The notes below the pieces were generated by a model. That model made no database searches. It had not been told where the DNA came from and saw only the letters and a program-made list of their open reading frames with translations. The translations under genes were made by a program, and so were the position numbers. Positions 14,570 to 28,979 of a DNA stretch of 64,000 nucleotides are shown here, in pieces (the stretch's first letter is position 1; each line of letters starts with the position of its first letter). Source of the stretch: Eledone cirrhosa (taxonomy: Eukaryota); the NCBI GenBank assembly GCA_964016885.1, contig OZ024742.1, forward strand, positions 49,414,001 through 49,478,000, in the 5' to 3' direction.

Positions 14570-14930
14570 GATACAATACAACCACTTCTACTTTGTGGTA
14601 GTGAACTTTAGTCTCTTACTATCAAACAACTAAAAACACCATGATGGAGCATATACATCTTTGCTTCTTGAGTTCAAAGCATAAGCTGAAGGCAAAATAA
14701 GAAAGAGAAGCATATATGGTCTCACTCATATTTCTAGTATTTTGAGAAAGACACCGTTCCACAAATTAAGCTATGTATCCTTTAGTGTTTCAGAAATCTA
14801 CATCTGTCAAAAGCCAAAGATGTTACAAATCCTGATTTTATAGGAACTCTGGTATTAACGTTTTGGATCTTGGCAATGCAACGAGTGACCAACCTATCAT
14901 TCAGTCTATTTTGGGTGAGACTGCAAGATG
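14570..14930 (+). pseudogene. Ancient RTE-like LINE C-terminal remnant
   Basis: Degenerate translation IQPLLLCGSE..SLT.KQ...DGAYTSLL resembles the RTE motif LLYGSETWTLT...LDG.YTR.L. Confidence 0.45.
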
Positions 14931-16200
14931 CTTATGTTTATTCTACATCACATGAGAATTGCACTCTTTCGCTAATTTTCTATATGTATTTTCATTCTAA
15001 CTATCATTGCTTTTAATTTATTCAGTGTATATCTGAAAAAATATTAATAAATTGTTATATTTGGGGAAGGCTATGTTTTCCTAATATTGCCCAAAATAGT
15101 AAATCACACTCACTGTTTTGTTTGGTTCTCGCTTCAGTATATTTTCATAAATAATTTAGCTGGCAATCAATGTTTATCATTGGACTGACAGTTAAAAATA
15201 TAAATATAATTTCTCAGAGTTTTTCATCACACATTTCCGTGTGTTTCCTCCCGTTTGAAAAACAAACGCTTCAAAGTAGGACTCTTGCACCTCTACCAGT
15301 ACACAGAATATAAGATTTATAAATTGTTATAGTTGAACTGCTAAAACTTTGTGCTCTTGATAACATAACAAATATATAATGTGAAAAGTGATATAAGACT
15401 AAACAATGCAAAATGGATGGTAAGATGTAGGTAACGAAAAAGTAAGCTACATGGTAATCTTTGCTTTTTTTTGTTTTGTTTTTTGTTGCTGTTGTTTCTC
15501 TCATCCTAATATTTCAGAACTTAAAATTCCCTTCTTCAGAGTATAAGGAACTCTCAGAGAAAAATGTTCTGGTTTCTTCTCTTTAGAATTAAATTTAGAT
15601 TTAAATTTTATAAACCACTTTCAAGCAGTGTTTGATGGTTACTTTGCTATTCACGAGAAGAATGACGTCAATTGCCGATGTAGTATTTCATGGCATCAAT
15701 TTCTTTTTGTTAGTTTCGCATAACTGCAAAGTAAAAACAAAAATCAAAAACAAACAAAAATATAATGGCATAGCTACTGCAATATTTTGGAACAATATTT
15801 GTATTCCTTTACTCTAGCCCCTTCTCTTCCTTTCTTTCTGTTATTCGTTCTATAGATTGTAAAGTATTCTTTGGATTACAGTTTAGAGATGGAGATGCTG
15901 TCTTCCTTTCAAAACAGAATCTGTAGAAATACCTTTTATAATTCTTCTTTATACCCTCAAATATTCATATAGGTATATATTTATTCATTAGCATTTGATC
16001 TCTTTGTTACTTTCACAATACAATCTTTCCTTTTCATCTTTCACTCATGACAGCCATTTTGGTATTTGAAATAGTTGTATCTCTGGGTGTTTCAATTAAT
16101 TGCCTTTTTCCCCATTAAACATATTCTATGATATGAAAATATCAAGAAAAAAAATTATGGATACTAGGATTTATAAGTTTTGTTCTATACTTCTACACAG

Positions 16201-16262
16201 AATGCATACATACCCAAATATCTACGGCATTATTCTAATCCTATGTTTCTGTTTATTTTCAG
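16201..16262 (+). CDS. Candidate signal-peptide exon (MHTYPNIYGIILILCFCLFS-G, phase-1 donor)
   Basis: Acceptor TTTTGTTCTATACTTCTACACAG, perfect donor CAG|GTAAGT, and a hydrophobic core typical of a secretory signal peptide. Confidence 0.4.
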
Positions 16263-16499
16263 GTAAGTCAACTATATATTTCATACTCTTCAAGAGCAGT
16301 TCATTGTTCTTTCATTCCTGATGTGATAATCTGGTAAAGTATACAATTCTTTCCTCGACCTAGCTCAATATCTATTATTTCTCTATAATATTTGTCATAT
16401 AACTCTTTATATATACAGACATTTAGCTTTTATTGGTGCAGAGAAGGCTTTGGATGGATTATTTCTCTCATCTGGTGGTCCTTAAGGAAACTTGTCATA

Positions 16500-17340
16500 A
16501 TGCTTCACTATTTCTTCTTCCTTCCTGTCAAAAGTGTCAAGCAAGATTCTCCTAAATTTATTATGAACTGAGGGCTCCTTCAGCTTTCATATCCTTCTCC
16601 TCTAGGTTGCCTTCTGTTTCTAGGTCTGTCTACTTCTAATTCTGAAGATGCTGTCTACTAGGTGGTGCACCTCCTCATCCGGGACACTTTTTGTATTTAC
16701 GACTGTTGCTCTACCTTATCTCTACCAATCAATTTGGCTGGTGTGCTCATCTGAACTATAGGTGATCAGTTGCTTTGTTGGTTTCTTAAAGTTTGTGTTG
16801 CAAGATAGTCACTTCATTGACTTTGCAGAATTGTTTCGATCCTTCATTATCTCTTGTGCCAGACCCGAAACCTCTGTGGACCCCATGGTAACTGTCACAT
16901 TGTCACCACACATGTCTGTTCATGTTGCCTGCAATAATAATGAAGTCACTGGTTCTGATTTGGGAGGTTCACATGTTAGGGATTCATAGAACATATATTT
17001 TGATTTGTCTGTCAGTCCGGATTGGGTTGCATAAACTGATATGATTGTTACTATTGTTCTATTTTGGATGAGTCTAAGTGTAATGATTCAGTCGTTTATT
17101 CTATTTACTGCAATTACCTTTTCCACCCATTTTTTCTGCTAGCATAATACCTACTCCACATATTCCACTGTCATTTCCTTTCTGCAAACATTTAAAACGT
17201 TTTCTGCCTACTAGGAGCCTAGAAAATGTCCTCTCTACCTGGTCTTTTGTATACAGCATACATCAACTTTCTTTCACTCAAGCATCTCCACAATCTCACC
17301 TGACCCACCTTTCAGCATCGCCTACATTGATGGTTACAGC
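16500..17340 (-). pseudogene. Old RTE LINE remnant (N-terminal endonuclease region)
   Basis: Minus strand gives frameshifted NVG..., EIVEMLE..KVDVCCIQ and GVGIMLAEK, homologous to the start of the 50482 ORF. An adjacent + strand RT fragment (LIWWSLRKL) lies at about 16425-16497. Confidence 0.7.
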
Positions 17341-17968
17341 TCTGAAGTCTCAGAGAGGAGGTAGTGTCTGCCTGGGGGTGGAGGATCACTTGGTGCTAGC
17401 TTTTTGTGTCTGAAAAAAGAAGAGGATTAGCCAGGTCACCGAGATGTGTGCATTTGCAGTGTGTCCTAATTTATATGATGAATATATCTTTCCAGCTATT
17501 ATTGTGGGTGATTGCAGGTAGTGCAAGTATCAGTGGAAAGGTATTACCTGTAGGGTTTTTGGTTTGTAGGTTATGGTGTTAGGTTGGCATCGTTGCTCTG
17601 CTTAACTTTCATAGGACTATGATATGGTGGTGAGCAGGGTGAGAAAATTGTTTATGAAATTCAGGCAAAAGTTTTGCTGTCATGAGAAATAGAGCAGGCA
17701 GAAAAAATCAAGACATTTTTTAAGCTGGTCTAAATGTCTATACAGATATGGTGGAATAGACAGAGAAGCCCTTTTATTTCTTTTCTTTTTTTTAGTGTAG
17801 ACAGTTATAGGGTACGAAGGAAAAAAAATTAATGGATAGAAAGGTGAGATATGAATAAATAAGTGAAGTTTACAAATTGGATTAGACTCTGAACTCTCTT
17901 TTGCCAATCTTGCCATGGACACTAAAATCACATTTAAGCTTTGAATATCTCTCTGCATATATATATAT

Positions 17969-18045
<77 letters not shown>

Positions 18046-18487
18046 GTACTTGTCTAGCAACTAACCATATGTTTATCATTTATTACTTTTTACAAAGTTT
18101 TGGGCACACTCTGTGAGCTGATCACTGACCTAACCCCATTTTAACTGATTTGAAACTTAGCAACCAACTAGTTCATTAGCATTTATGATAAGGAAGAAAA
18201 GAGTAGTAGTAAAAATTATATTAAAACTGTGAACCCTATAAAAGAATTGAACACTTACAGTCGAACTATGTCAGTGAACAGACAACATGATGAACATTTT
18301 GACACCAAGACATAAATGATAAATATAAAACAAAATTTTTGTGTGCTTTTAAATATCTCTTCTTTTATGTATATACTGTAAAGATTAAAACGAGTGTGTA
18401 CATACATACTTATGCACATATATATTTTATGCATCATTTTTGATGCACATAATTAATACATAAATATACTCATATTTCTATACATAT

Positions 18488-18863
18488 ATCATCATTTCAT
18501 TTTAAGTTCGCTTTTCCCTGCTTGCAAGTGTGGGATGGGAACTGATTCTGGCTTGCTTTCTACAGCTGGATGTCCTTCCTAACACCAACCTCATTTACAG
18601 TGAGTGCTGGGTGCTTTTTTTCCATGGCGCGTACACGTCCGCTTTACAGTGTGGGCTGGGTGCTTTTTTGCCGTGGCACCTCAAAAACCATTTTGCAGTG
18701 GAATGATAGGGACTGGGGTCCCTATCATCTAATTTCTACAGCTGAGTGAACTGGAGCAATGTGAAATAAAGTGTCTTGCTCAAGGAAACAACACATCACC
18801 CAGTCTGAGAATTGAACTCACAACCTTTCGATTGCAAGGCCAATGCTCTAACCACTAAGCCAT
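18488..18863 (-). mobile_element. SINE family A, full length, three tail units
   Basis: Same head, CORE-like body and tail as 94-421. Absent from the paralogous site at about 23290-23305. Confidence 0.85.
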
Positions 18864-19259
18864 AAATATATTCCATACTTTAACCCCACACAGTGATAAA
18901 AAGCTTCCCTTCCCCAATAACTTCCTATCGTATTATAGTACACCAGCTGTTACCAGCTCTTTATATATATTTTTAATAGAAAATTAAACATGGCATTGTC
19001 TAGATCAAATTAAAAAAATATGAACCTTTTGAAATATTTATGTTTGTTTAATTATTTTTGTATTAAAATTTTTATTGACATTTTTATATTTCTATTTGTC
19101 AATATTTTGTACTCATTTATATATTTCTCATTTCCTTTTTGCTTCAGTTTTGTGAGTTTTTTGCTATATATTCCATCAAACATTTGTTCAATTGTCTTTT
19201 TGTGTATGTGTGTGTCTGTATATATGTATCTCTTAGGATTATCATTTTTTCATCTAGGT

Positions 19260-19600
19260 CAGAGGATTTCAAAAATTTGAGACGACCCCCACCCCTAACA
19301 CCCACGTTACACCCTCAGGGCTCTCCCACATCTATATCTAGAGAGACCTGCCTACATGTAAATTGTAAATAATATACAAATAAAATCGTTAATTTAGATA
19401 TGATAAATAATATAATACATACTATATATAAATAAATATTTTTTATTTTACTATATTTATATATAACATATTTCATTTGATATTTAATATACTATTATAT
19501 CATCTCTAACGATCCTCCACCGCTCTCTGAAGACCCTGTGCACCCAGTACCTTCTCAACGCACCCTTGGTGGGCAGTAGCACTCTCTTTGAGAACCTCTG
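19260..19600. mobile_element. hAT (Charlie-like) MITE
   Basis: TIRs CAGAGGATTTCAAAA / TTTGAGAACCTCTG and an 8-bp TSD (ATCTAGGT / GTCTAGGT). An empty site is present in the paralog at about 23686-23700. Confidence 0.8.
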
Positions 19601-19874
19601 GTCTAGGTAAAAGAAAATGATCATGAGAAGTAGAGCAGAGGTAGGAGGTAGTTTATGATATTCAGGCCGGAGATTCACCAACCTGAGAAATAGAATAGAC
19701 AGAAAGAAAAACTCATTTTTAAAAAGTTTGTCTAAATGCCTATTTGGTTACAGAGAATAGAAAATATGGTGGAATAGACAGAGAAAACCTCTATTTTTCT
19801 TTGGGTAAGACAATGATAGGGTGCAAAGAAAAAAAAATGAGCAGATAGAAAAGTTTGAAGAAAATAAAAAGATC

Positions 19875-20195
19875 ACCACGGGTACAAGCCGAATCTGAAG
19901 CATATAGATGGTCTGCCCCTACCTCACCTCCCACTGTAAAGTGATCATGTAGGTGTCACAACAAAAATCACCCAGTCCACACTGTACAGTGGTTGTGTAG
20001 GTGACACGATAAAAAGCACCCAGTACTCACTGTAAATGAGGTTGGTGTTAGGAAGGGCATCCAGCTGTATAAATCAAGCCCAAATCAGTTCTGTATGAGC
20101 AAGACATGGTCATCTGACCTGGCATTGCCCACAACAGGACAACTCATCTGACCTATGCTAGCATGAAAAATGGATGTAAAACGGTGATGATGATA
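19875..20195 (+). mobile_element. RTE 3' UTR fragment
   Basis: Homologous to 56990-57298 and ends in (GAT)n. Confidence 0.8.
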
Positions 20196-20789
20196 ATGTT
20201 ATTTTTGTTTAAGCAAACAGTTTTAGGGAGTGAAGAGTTAAAAAGAAAATGTTTCAGGTCAATTTACATACCTCTTTCCATAAATAAAATGAGTTGTTAG
20301 GGTTTACCTATAGGTACATATTGTAGAATCTACTCTAAGTATCTATCTGGTTAAAGACAATAGCAAATAATGGCAGATCAATCAAAAATACACAGCTGAA
20401 TCAAAGAACAAAACAAAGAGAAATGGCAATGATTTTACCGACAGTTTCAGGGAGCCAACAAGAAAATTCAGAGAGAAATTCAGGCAAGAGTTTTGCAGTT
20501 CTGAGAAAAGACAGAAAGAAAAAATAAATTATATTTTTAAGCTTGTGTAAATGTCAATTTGATTATCAAGAATAGCAAATATGACAGGCTAGATAGAGAA
20601 CCTCCTTTATTGTTTGTTTCAGGCAGACAGGTATAGGGAATGAAGGAAAAAAATTAACAGACAAGATAACAAAGTGCAAAGAAAAAATGAAAATTAATAA
20701 ATGGGAATAATTTTTTAAGCAAAGTTTTATGGAGGGAAAAGGTAAACAAAGTATATACATACATATATGTATATATCTATATACATGTA

Positions 20790-20887
<98 letters not shown>

Positions 20888-20895
20888 TATACATA

Positions 20896-20958
<63 letters not shown>

Positions 20959-20960
<2 letters not shown>

Positions 20961-21235
20961 AGGCACATGGCTTAGTGGTTAGAGCATTGGCCTTGCAATC
21001 GAAAGGACCGGGTGATGTGTTGTTTCCTTGAGCAAGACACTTTATTTCACATTGCTCCAGTTTACTGCAAAGTGGTCGTGGAGGTGCCATGGCAAAAAAG
21101 CACCCAGCACTCACTGTAAATGAGGTTGGTGTTAGGAAGGGCATCCAGCTGTAGAAATCAAGCCAGAATCAGTTCCCGTCCCACCCTTGCAAGCAGGGAA
21201 AAGCGGACTTTAAATGATGATGATGATGATGATGA

Positions 21236-21239
<4 letters not shown>
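20959..21239 (+). mobile_element. SINE family A with internal deletions (B-box region lost)
   Basis: Head GGAGGCACATGGCTTAGTGGTTAGAGC, CORE-like body, RTE tail and (GAT)n, inserted within (TA)n. Confidence 0.85.
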
Positions 21240-21293
<54 letters not shown>

Positions 21294-21348
21294 GTATATA
21301 TATAAATATATATAGTTAAAAGAATAGAGGTGTAACACACAAGTTATT

Positions 21349-21879
21349 ATATATTGGTAAACGGAATAGAAAATGCTGACAAATTGTTCACAGTTGAAAA
21401 ATGATTTAATTAGGAATAAAAGAGTATTAGTGATTGTATGGGTTAGTATTCAGTTGTGGTTTTAAGTTTTTAAGTTTTTACCGGTTGCGCATTTCTAAAT
21501 GCTTTTCAAAAATAATTTTGAGATAGAGTGTCCGTGCTGTTTGCTCTGATCTGATTAGTTTTGGGAATTCTACCTGTTTTTATGTTAAAAAAGTGGCTCC
21601 AGCGTTACTTTGGTGTTGCAAAAATTCTTGTGGTCAAAACAATTTTGATTGGTCGGTAGAGGTCATGTGAATTTAAAAAATTGATTTTGCGCCAAGACTG
21701 TTTTTATGTTAAAAAAGTGGCTTATTTTTGAAAAGCATTTAGAAATGCGCAACCGGTAAAAACTTTAAAACTTAAAACCACAACTGAATACTAACCCATA
21801 CAATCACTAATACTCTTTTATTCCTAATTAAACCATTTTTCAACTGTGAACAATTTGTCAGCATTTTCTATTCCGTTTA

Positions 21880-21888
<9 letters not shown>
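21349..21888. mobile_element. Foldback element, ~167-bp arms; probable Penelope-like pLTR remnant
   Basis: 21349-21515 is the reverse complement of 21722-21888. The spacer has a duplicated CTGTTTTTATGTTAAAAAAGTGGCT, and the arms carry a decayed hammerhead-like motif. Confidence 0.65.
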
Positions 21889-22378
<490 letters not shown>

Positions 22379-22426
22379 TATATATACATATATATATGCT
22401 TGCAAGCAGGGAAAAGCGGCCGTAAA

Positions 22427-22461
<35 letters not shown>

Positions 22462-22519
22462 ACACACACACATATATATAAAGCGAGAGAGAGGGAGATA
22501 GTATGATGTATTTATTTCA

Positions 22520-23710
22520 GTGTTGTACTTGTCTATCAACTAAGACATATGTTGAAACTAAACTATTATAGCCATTTAATACCAGACAAAACTGTCAAAT
22601 AACCATACTGTCGATAAATTTTTACTAAGTTTTAAATATATACATAAATAACATTGAAAATTTGCTCACAATTCTTTTAGAATGGAAATAAAAAATCATA
22701 TAAAAAATTTGATTAACTGTTGCTAGGAACCTCACAAATAAAATGCTCCAAAATATAAGTCCACAGTGAGAGAAAGAGTAAAAAAAGAAAGGGGATGGCA
22801 AAAAACAAACGTGACCTTCAATTCACCACTAAGTGGACAATCAGCTACACATTACTAGGGTCAACAGAATATATTTATCATTTATTATTTGATATCAATA
22901 TTTTTTACACTCTCTGACCTAACCCTATTTTAACTGATTTGAAACTTAGCAACCAGCTAATTCATTAGCATTTGTGATAAGGAAAAAATAAGCAGTAGTA
23001 TAAAATGAAATTAAAATCCTGAAACCCATAAAAGAATTGGCAATTACAATGGAACTATGTAAATGAACATGTCACAGACAGTATGGAAAAAATTTTGACA
23101 GCAAGACATAAATGATAAATATAAAATAAAATTTTTGTGTGCTTTTATTTAGCTAGACTATCAGTTATTCTATGTATATACTATATAGATAAAAATGCTT
23201 GTGTACATAAATACTTACACACGCACATATATATTTTATGCATAACTTTTTATGCACATAAATAATACATGAATATACGCATATTTCTATATATATGTAT
23301 GCAAATATATTCCATACTTTGACTTCACACAGTGATAAAAAGATTCCCCTCCCCAATAACTTCCTATCATATTATAGTGCACCAGCTGTTTCAATCTCTT
23401 CTTCATAGATATTTTTATGTACTAAATAGAAAATTAAACATGACATTGCCTAGATCAAATTAAAAAAATATGAAGTTTTTAAAATATATATTTGTTTATT
23501 TATGTATTCAATTTTTATTGACATTTTCATATTTTTATTTGTCAATATTTTGTAATCATTTATATATTTCTCATTTTATTTTTGCTTTGTTTTGTTTTTT
23601 GCTATATATTCCATCAAACACTTGTTGAATTGTCTTTTTTGATTTTGTATGTGCATATGTTTAACACTTAGGATCATCATTTTTATATCTAGATAAAAGA
23701 AGTGATGATG
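22520..23710 (+). repeat. Old local segmental duplication, copy 2
   Basis: Collinear with 18040-19625 but lacks its SINE and hAT MITE. Confidence 0.8.
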
Positions 23711-24142
23711 AATATCATCATCATCATATTCCATCTTTGTTTCAATTCTGGCATGGGTAGGATGTGTTAATACAGAACCAGTCAGTACTTCATTGGAGCT
23801 ACTATTCTTTTAGATGTGTCAGGTGAGCACATTTCGCCCATATACCTTATATTTAGGGACAAATCCTATGGCTGGGTGCTCTTTCTAACGTCAACTAAAT
23901 TGTAGCATAGTGTGCATTTCATCATCGCAACAGTAATAAAGAGATTTCTTCATCCATGGTGTCATTGGAGAACACCCTCACCAGATGCCCTACATAGTCT
24001 AAATGACGGACATATATGTGTGTGAGAAAACATACGTATATATAAAATTGATATTTATCTCTATATATATATGCATTCATATATATGCACACACACATCA
24101 GCTGAGCTATTGTAATTTCAAGGAGTGAATAATATATATATA

Positions 24143-24705
24143 ATCATTACCATTTGATGTCCATTTTTCCATGCTAGCATGGTTTAGACAAGTTGTCCTG
24201 TTGTGAGAAATGCCAAGTCACGTGACTGTGTCTTGGTCATACAGAACTAATTTGGGTTTGGTTCCTACAGTTTAATTACCCTTCCTAATGCCAACCACAT
24301 TTACACTGAGTACTGGGTGCTTTTTTTCATGACACCTACATGACCACTTTACAGTGGGGGCTGGGTGCTTTATGTTGTGTCACCACCAAGACCACTTTAC
24401 AGTGTGGGCTGGAGGCTTCACTAGATGTATGCTTCAGCCTGTCCTCATGGGAGATTTATGGAAGGGGGTAGGGTGGTGTATACTGTATACTTTAGCTTCA
24501 GCCTGTATTATTGTATAACACCAGAGATCATGGCCCTCTGTCATCATCTTTGAGAGGTGCAATTGAGCAGGGTTGGTTTTATCACCTCATTCCAAGTCTT
24601 CCTTGGTCTCCCAGTCCATGGCTTGTATAGCCCTCACAAGCCACTCATCTACTCCTAGTTTTCAAAGAGCCCACCAGATTATGGCATGGGCACTCTGTCA
24701 AAAGC
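24143..24705 (-). mobile_element. Internally deleted RTE remnant
   Basis: Minus strand: [21 protein letters not shown] is joined almost directly to GRPRKTWNEVIK, followed by the 3' UTR with repeated tail units. Confidence 0.7.
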
Positions 24706-25324
24706 GATTTGATTCATATTCATATTTAGGGTTGCTCCATCATTTTAGCCCATCTGTAATATATAAAAATCTCCAAGAAAAGGAGAAAAGCTAGTAATAG
24801 TAGTAGTAGCAGTTAGCAGTTATTGACATGGATAGTGGGTGAAGGTATTTTTGTATTTTGTGGCTTAATTGGACTCAGCGGCTGTGGTGGTGGATGCAAG
24901 GGAAATGACGATGTAAGTGAATGTTTCATGGAACTAATGTCTTTGTAGCGTAAATCTGTTGTTTATAGAAAACGTGAAATAGATACATGAAATATGATAG
25001 AGCTGTTGCTTATAGTAGTTTTTGGACTTCATAAGTTACAAACAGGCTTCGAAGGACGTTGGAGAAGTTTACATAAGCGATGGGTTCAGGCAATGTGATG
25101 TGATATATAGATATATATATATATAATAATAATAATAGTAATAAAAGAAAGATATATACTTTATATCATCTTTATTTACTTTATTATATATATCTCGAAG
25201 ATGTAAAGTTTTATGTATAACATAAAGCAAAACATATCCTCCTCAGATAAAATACATAGAAGATGAATAATTTTTTCATGATATGCTGGTAGACAAACAA
25301 GCTGGACAGGTTGTTGAGCACCAA

Positions 25325-25389
<65 letters not shown>

Positions 25390-26499
25390 TTATACAATGC
25401 AATTTACAGACCATTGTAGTTCTGATTAGATGAGATATTAGGAGCATGGAAATAAAGGAATTCTGGTCAATAATATTATAAAGTGTAATTAATGGTTCCT
25501 TTAGCAAAGACCAGTTATATGCCATGAGAAAAGAGAATGAAGCAGCACTGTCATTTCACATATCAAAGCATTAGCTTTATAATGAATGACTGCTGAAGAA
25601 ATTTTATGGCAGCATCTAATCAAAGACCAAGTCTCTACATACATATAATTATGTATTATTGTGATGCATACATAATGTGTAATGTTTGTGTTTTATATTG
25701 GTTCCTCAGCATTTCTGCTTCATCATTCTCTGTAGTTATCACATTAATATTGCTGTTCTTTAAGTTAAAAACTGATCTTTTTCACATTCAGTTTACATTA
25801 CTGAAAGTTGTTATACAGTGGTAGAAATGTTATTATTTTATTTATTCATTTTTTGTTTTTCATTTGATGGCTTATTCTGGTTTAACATCATGTCAGTTCT
25901 CGTATATTTGATTTCCCTTGCTATTTTGTTCTTAAGAAGTTCCCCACTTTAAGTTGAATGCAATTACTTATTACTGTGAAGCTAATTTAAATGTCTATTC
26001 ACCCATACTGCTTTGATTTTCTCTTTGGCTAATTAATTTATTATATAGAATATGCACTAACTAGATGTTAGATTACATACATATATCTTTACTTCAGACT
26101 ACTATCAGTTGAGAATGTGAATGTTTAATGAATGTATTGGGGAATAGGTGCATTTCTTTCCATATGACAGTACACGGAGTAAAGTGGTTGGCATTTGAAG
26201 GGGCATCTAATTGTAGAAACCATGCAAGAACTGGAATATATGGAAGCAAGACATAATCTTGTGGCATGTATAGGAGGACAGGAACCCTGGTTACAAAATG
26301 ACTTTTTCTGTCATGAAACCATCCAACCTATTCATGCATAGAAAAGTAGGTGGAAAATAATGATGATTATCATAATTGCATTTATATGCATATAATGACA
26401 GTGGTACAAATGCATAGTTTCTACAGTGATAGTAAAGCACAACAGGACATTTTTGCAATGACATATCTTACCTTCATTGCACATTTATATACACAAACA

Positions 26500-26715
26500 T
26501 GAATTTCTAGTTTAGGCACATGGCCATCAAATTTGTGGGAAGGGCAAAGTGGATTAAATCAAACTCCATACTTGACAGCTAATTGATTTTATCTAACCTG
26601 GAAGGATGAAAGGCAAAATTGATCTTGGTGTGATTTAAACTGAGAATGTAAAGAGCAGATTTAATCCACGATGGTCTTTTATCCAACAGTTTACAAATTC
26701 TGCCAAATCATCACC
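26500..26715 (-). mobile_element. SINE family C
   Basis: GGATGAAAGGCAAA and TTTAGGCACA.GGCC motifs, homologous to 40366-40580. Confidence 0.6.
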
Positions 26716-28019
26716 ATCAGCTGCAATTAATATTAAACATATGTTTTTATTATTTATTGTCCTAGTTTTGTTAGTTCATTATTGTGTGATGTCTATGTAC
26801 AAAGTTAATTAGTAAACAAAGAACCAGTGGATCATCAAATAAACACCATTCATTTAAGAAACATCTGTTTACCTTGATGATATGATTTACATATGAAAGG
26901 CCACACAACTCTACAGTATAGATATATCAGGTGATAAGGTGGATAATAGATTACTAAATTTTGTGTGGTTGGGTAGCATCCTAACTTATTTCAATGAAAT
27001 CCTTGTTTGTAAATACAGAATTCATTCATCTTCTGTTGAAGATAGAAGGAAGTCTTGTGTCAGCAACAAAATAAATTTGAAGAGTCACTGCTATAATCGT
27101 AAATATATTTAATTCAATTTGTTGTGTATATGTCTAAGGTTTCAGTAAATCAACAAAGTTTGAATAATGCAAGTGTACACTTCATCCTTCTTGTCTAAAT
27201 GTTTACGGTCATTTATCAAAAATAACAGAAAACAAAATTTGTAAGTTGTTAGATGACAGATATATGTGATATGATTTCTCTTCAATTCAGAGCTCAATCT
27301 GAGAGCAAAAATATAGGCAGTTGCTAAGGTGATCTTTTAACAGCTGGGGAATGACAGTTAACTTTGTAATTCACTCTGCTGCTGATGCCAGTGTTATATC
27401 TTTCTCTGGTTTACATCCTTTATGAAGAGGAACAAGAAAGATTAGGAATGAATTCAAGCAAGCACTCTACAACTGATTGCAGCTACTTCTAACCATCATG
27501 TTGCTATCCTATTTCTTTGGCAGCTGTAATTCTAATGGATGTTAATTGTTATAAATGTGCAAATGCTTAACTGATTGCAGATTTTGATCATGATAAATCT
27601 GAAGATCAAATGTTCTTGGTTTACTCCAGAGAATTTTGCTGAAATGTATATACTTGTTATTCAATAATAAAGTGTATTAGATATAGTAAAAGGGGTCCAA
27701 CCAATGAAATAGGCACACATAGGGTTGAAAGCATATAATCCAAATGAAACACATAGCTAAGCTCCTCAGATATCAAACTACTTACCAAAACATCAGGTGT
27801 TCAAAACCTGCTGCAGTTAACATTTTAATATAATTTTGGAAATAATAAAGAATACAGAGAGATTTATTAAAAAAACAAAACAATCTAATGGTGCTGAACA
27901 AGAGCTCTTCATCATGGAATATGGTTAGATAAATATAAACACTTTAAAATAAACAGGTTTCAGGCAGTTTCACAGTTTTCGTAAAACCAAAAGACTATAT
28001 ATTGTTTGTGATTGTGTGT

Positions 28020-28225
28020 CTATAAACCAACTAGATTATAAAATGCCTCTGACTGGGTGTATATAAATCAAATGGGTTACAGAATGTCTCTGACTGATTA
28101 TATATATATAGAATACCAACAGTGTTATAGAATACCAACAGTGTTATAGAATACCAACAGTGTTATAGAATGTCTCTGTCTGGGTATACCAATTAGTGTA
28201 TACTGTTTTTGACTGGGTCTATAAA
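28020..28225 (+). repeat. Minisatellite: three 19-bp TATAGAATACCAACAGTGT units within a degenerate ~40-bp array
   Basis: Directly visible tandem units. Confidence 0.75.
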
Positions 28226-28649
28226 TAAATGTTCAGGCAACCAGAATATGAAGAAACCGTTTAGAATGAGAGGTGTTAACCAACTCAACTGATTGACCAT
28301 TGACAGGAGTATAGAAAACATAATATGAAAGCGTCTTATAGTGTAACTAATAAAACTGGTCAGTTTATTTGGGTGTTTAACACTTTTGATACCAACTTGC
28401 CCAAAACAGCTTCACCTTTTATAAAACAAAATTACGCTTTTTAAAGGGTACCTACTTAAATTAAAACCTTCAATAATAATTTTGTATAAGAACATTTTGC
28501 TATCTTATAAATACTATTTTAATGAAATTAAAAATGTTAAATTATAATTATGTTAATGAAAGAGTTATGTTTTACATTTTGATTTGAAATCTTACATAGG
28601 TTGATAGATAGTTTTACATCTCTTTATTCTTAGCAACTGAAACGCTATT

Positions 28650-28979
28650 CATCATCACCGTTTTACGTCCGTTCTTCCACACTAGCATGGGTTAGATGGG
28701 TTGTCCTGTTGTGGGCAGTGTCTGGTCGGCTGACCTTGTCTTGCTCATACGGGAACTGATTATGGGTTGATTTCTACAGATGGATGCCCTTCCTAACACC
28801 AACCTCGTTTACAGTGAGTGCTGGGTGCTTTTTTTGCTGTGGCACCTCCACGACCACTTTGTAGTGGAATGATAAGGACCCCAGTGCTATCATCTCATTT
28901 CTACAGCTGAGTAAACTGGAGCAATGTGAAATAAAGTGTTTTGCTCAAGGAAACAACACATCATCTGGTCCGAGAATTG
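28650..28979 (-). mobile_element. SINE family A variant with full-length RTE tail
   Basis: CORE-like body as in 94-421, but the tail includes the ATGAGCAAG...CCCACAACAGGACAACC segment of the LINE UTR. Confidence 0.8.

Larger units (their letters stand above)
18040..19625 (+). repeat. Old local segmental duplication, copy 1
   Basis: Collinear with about 22520-23710 (e.g. CTGACCTAACCC.ATTTTAACTGATTTGAAACTTAGCAACCA and CTAGATCAAATTAAAAAAATATGAA). Confidence 0.8.
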
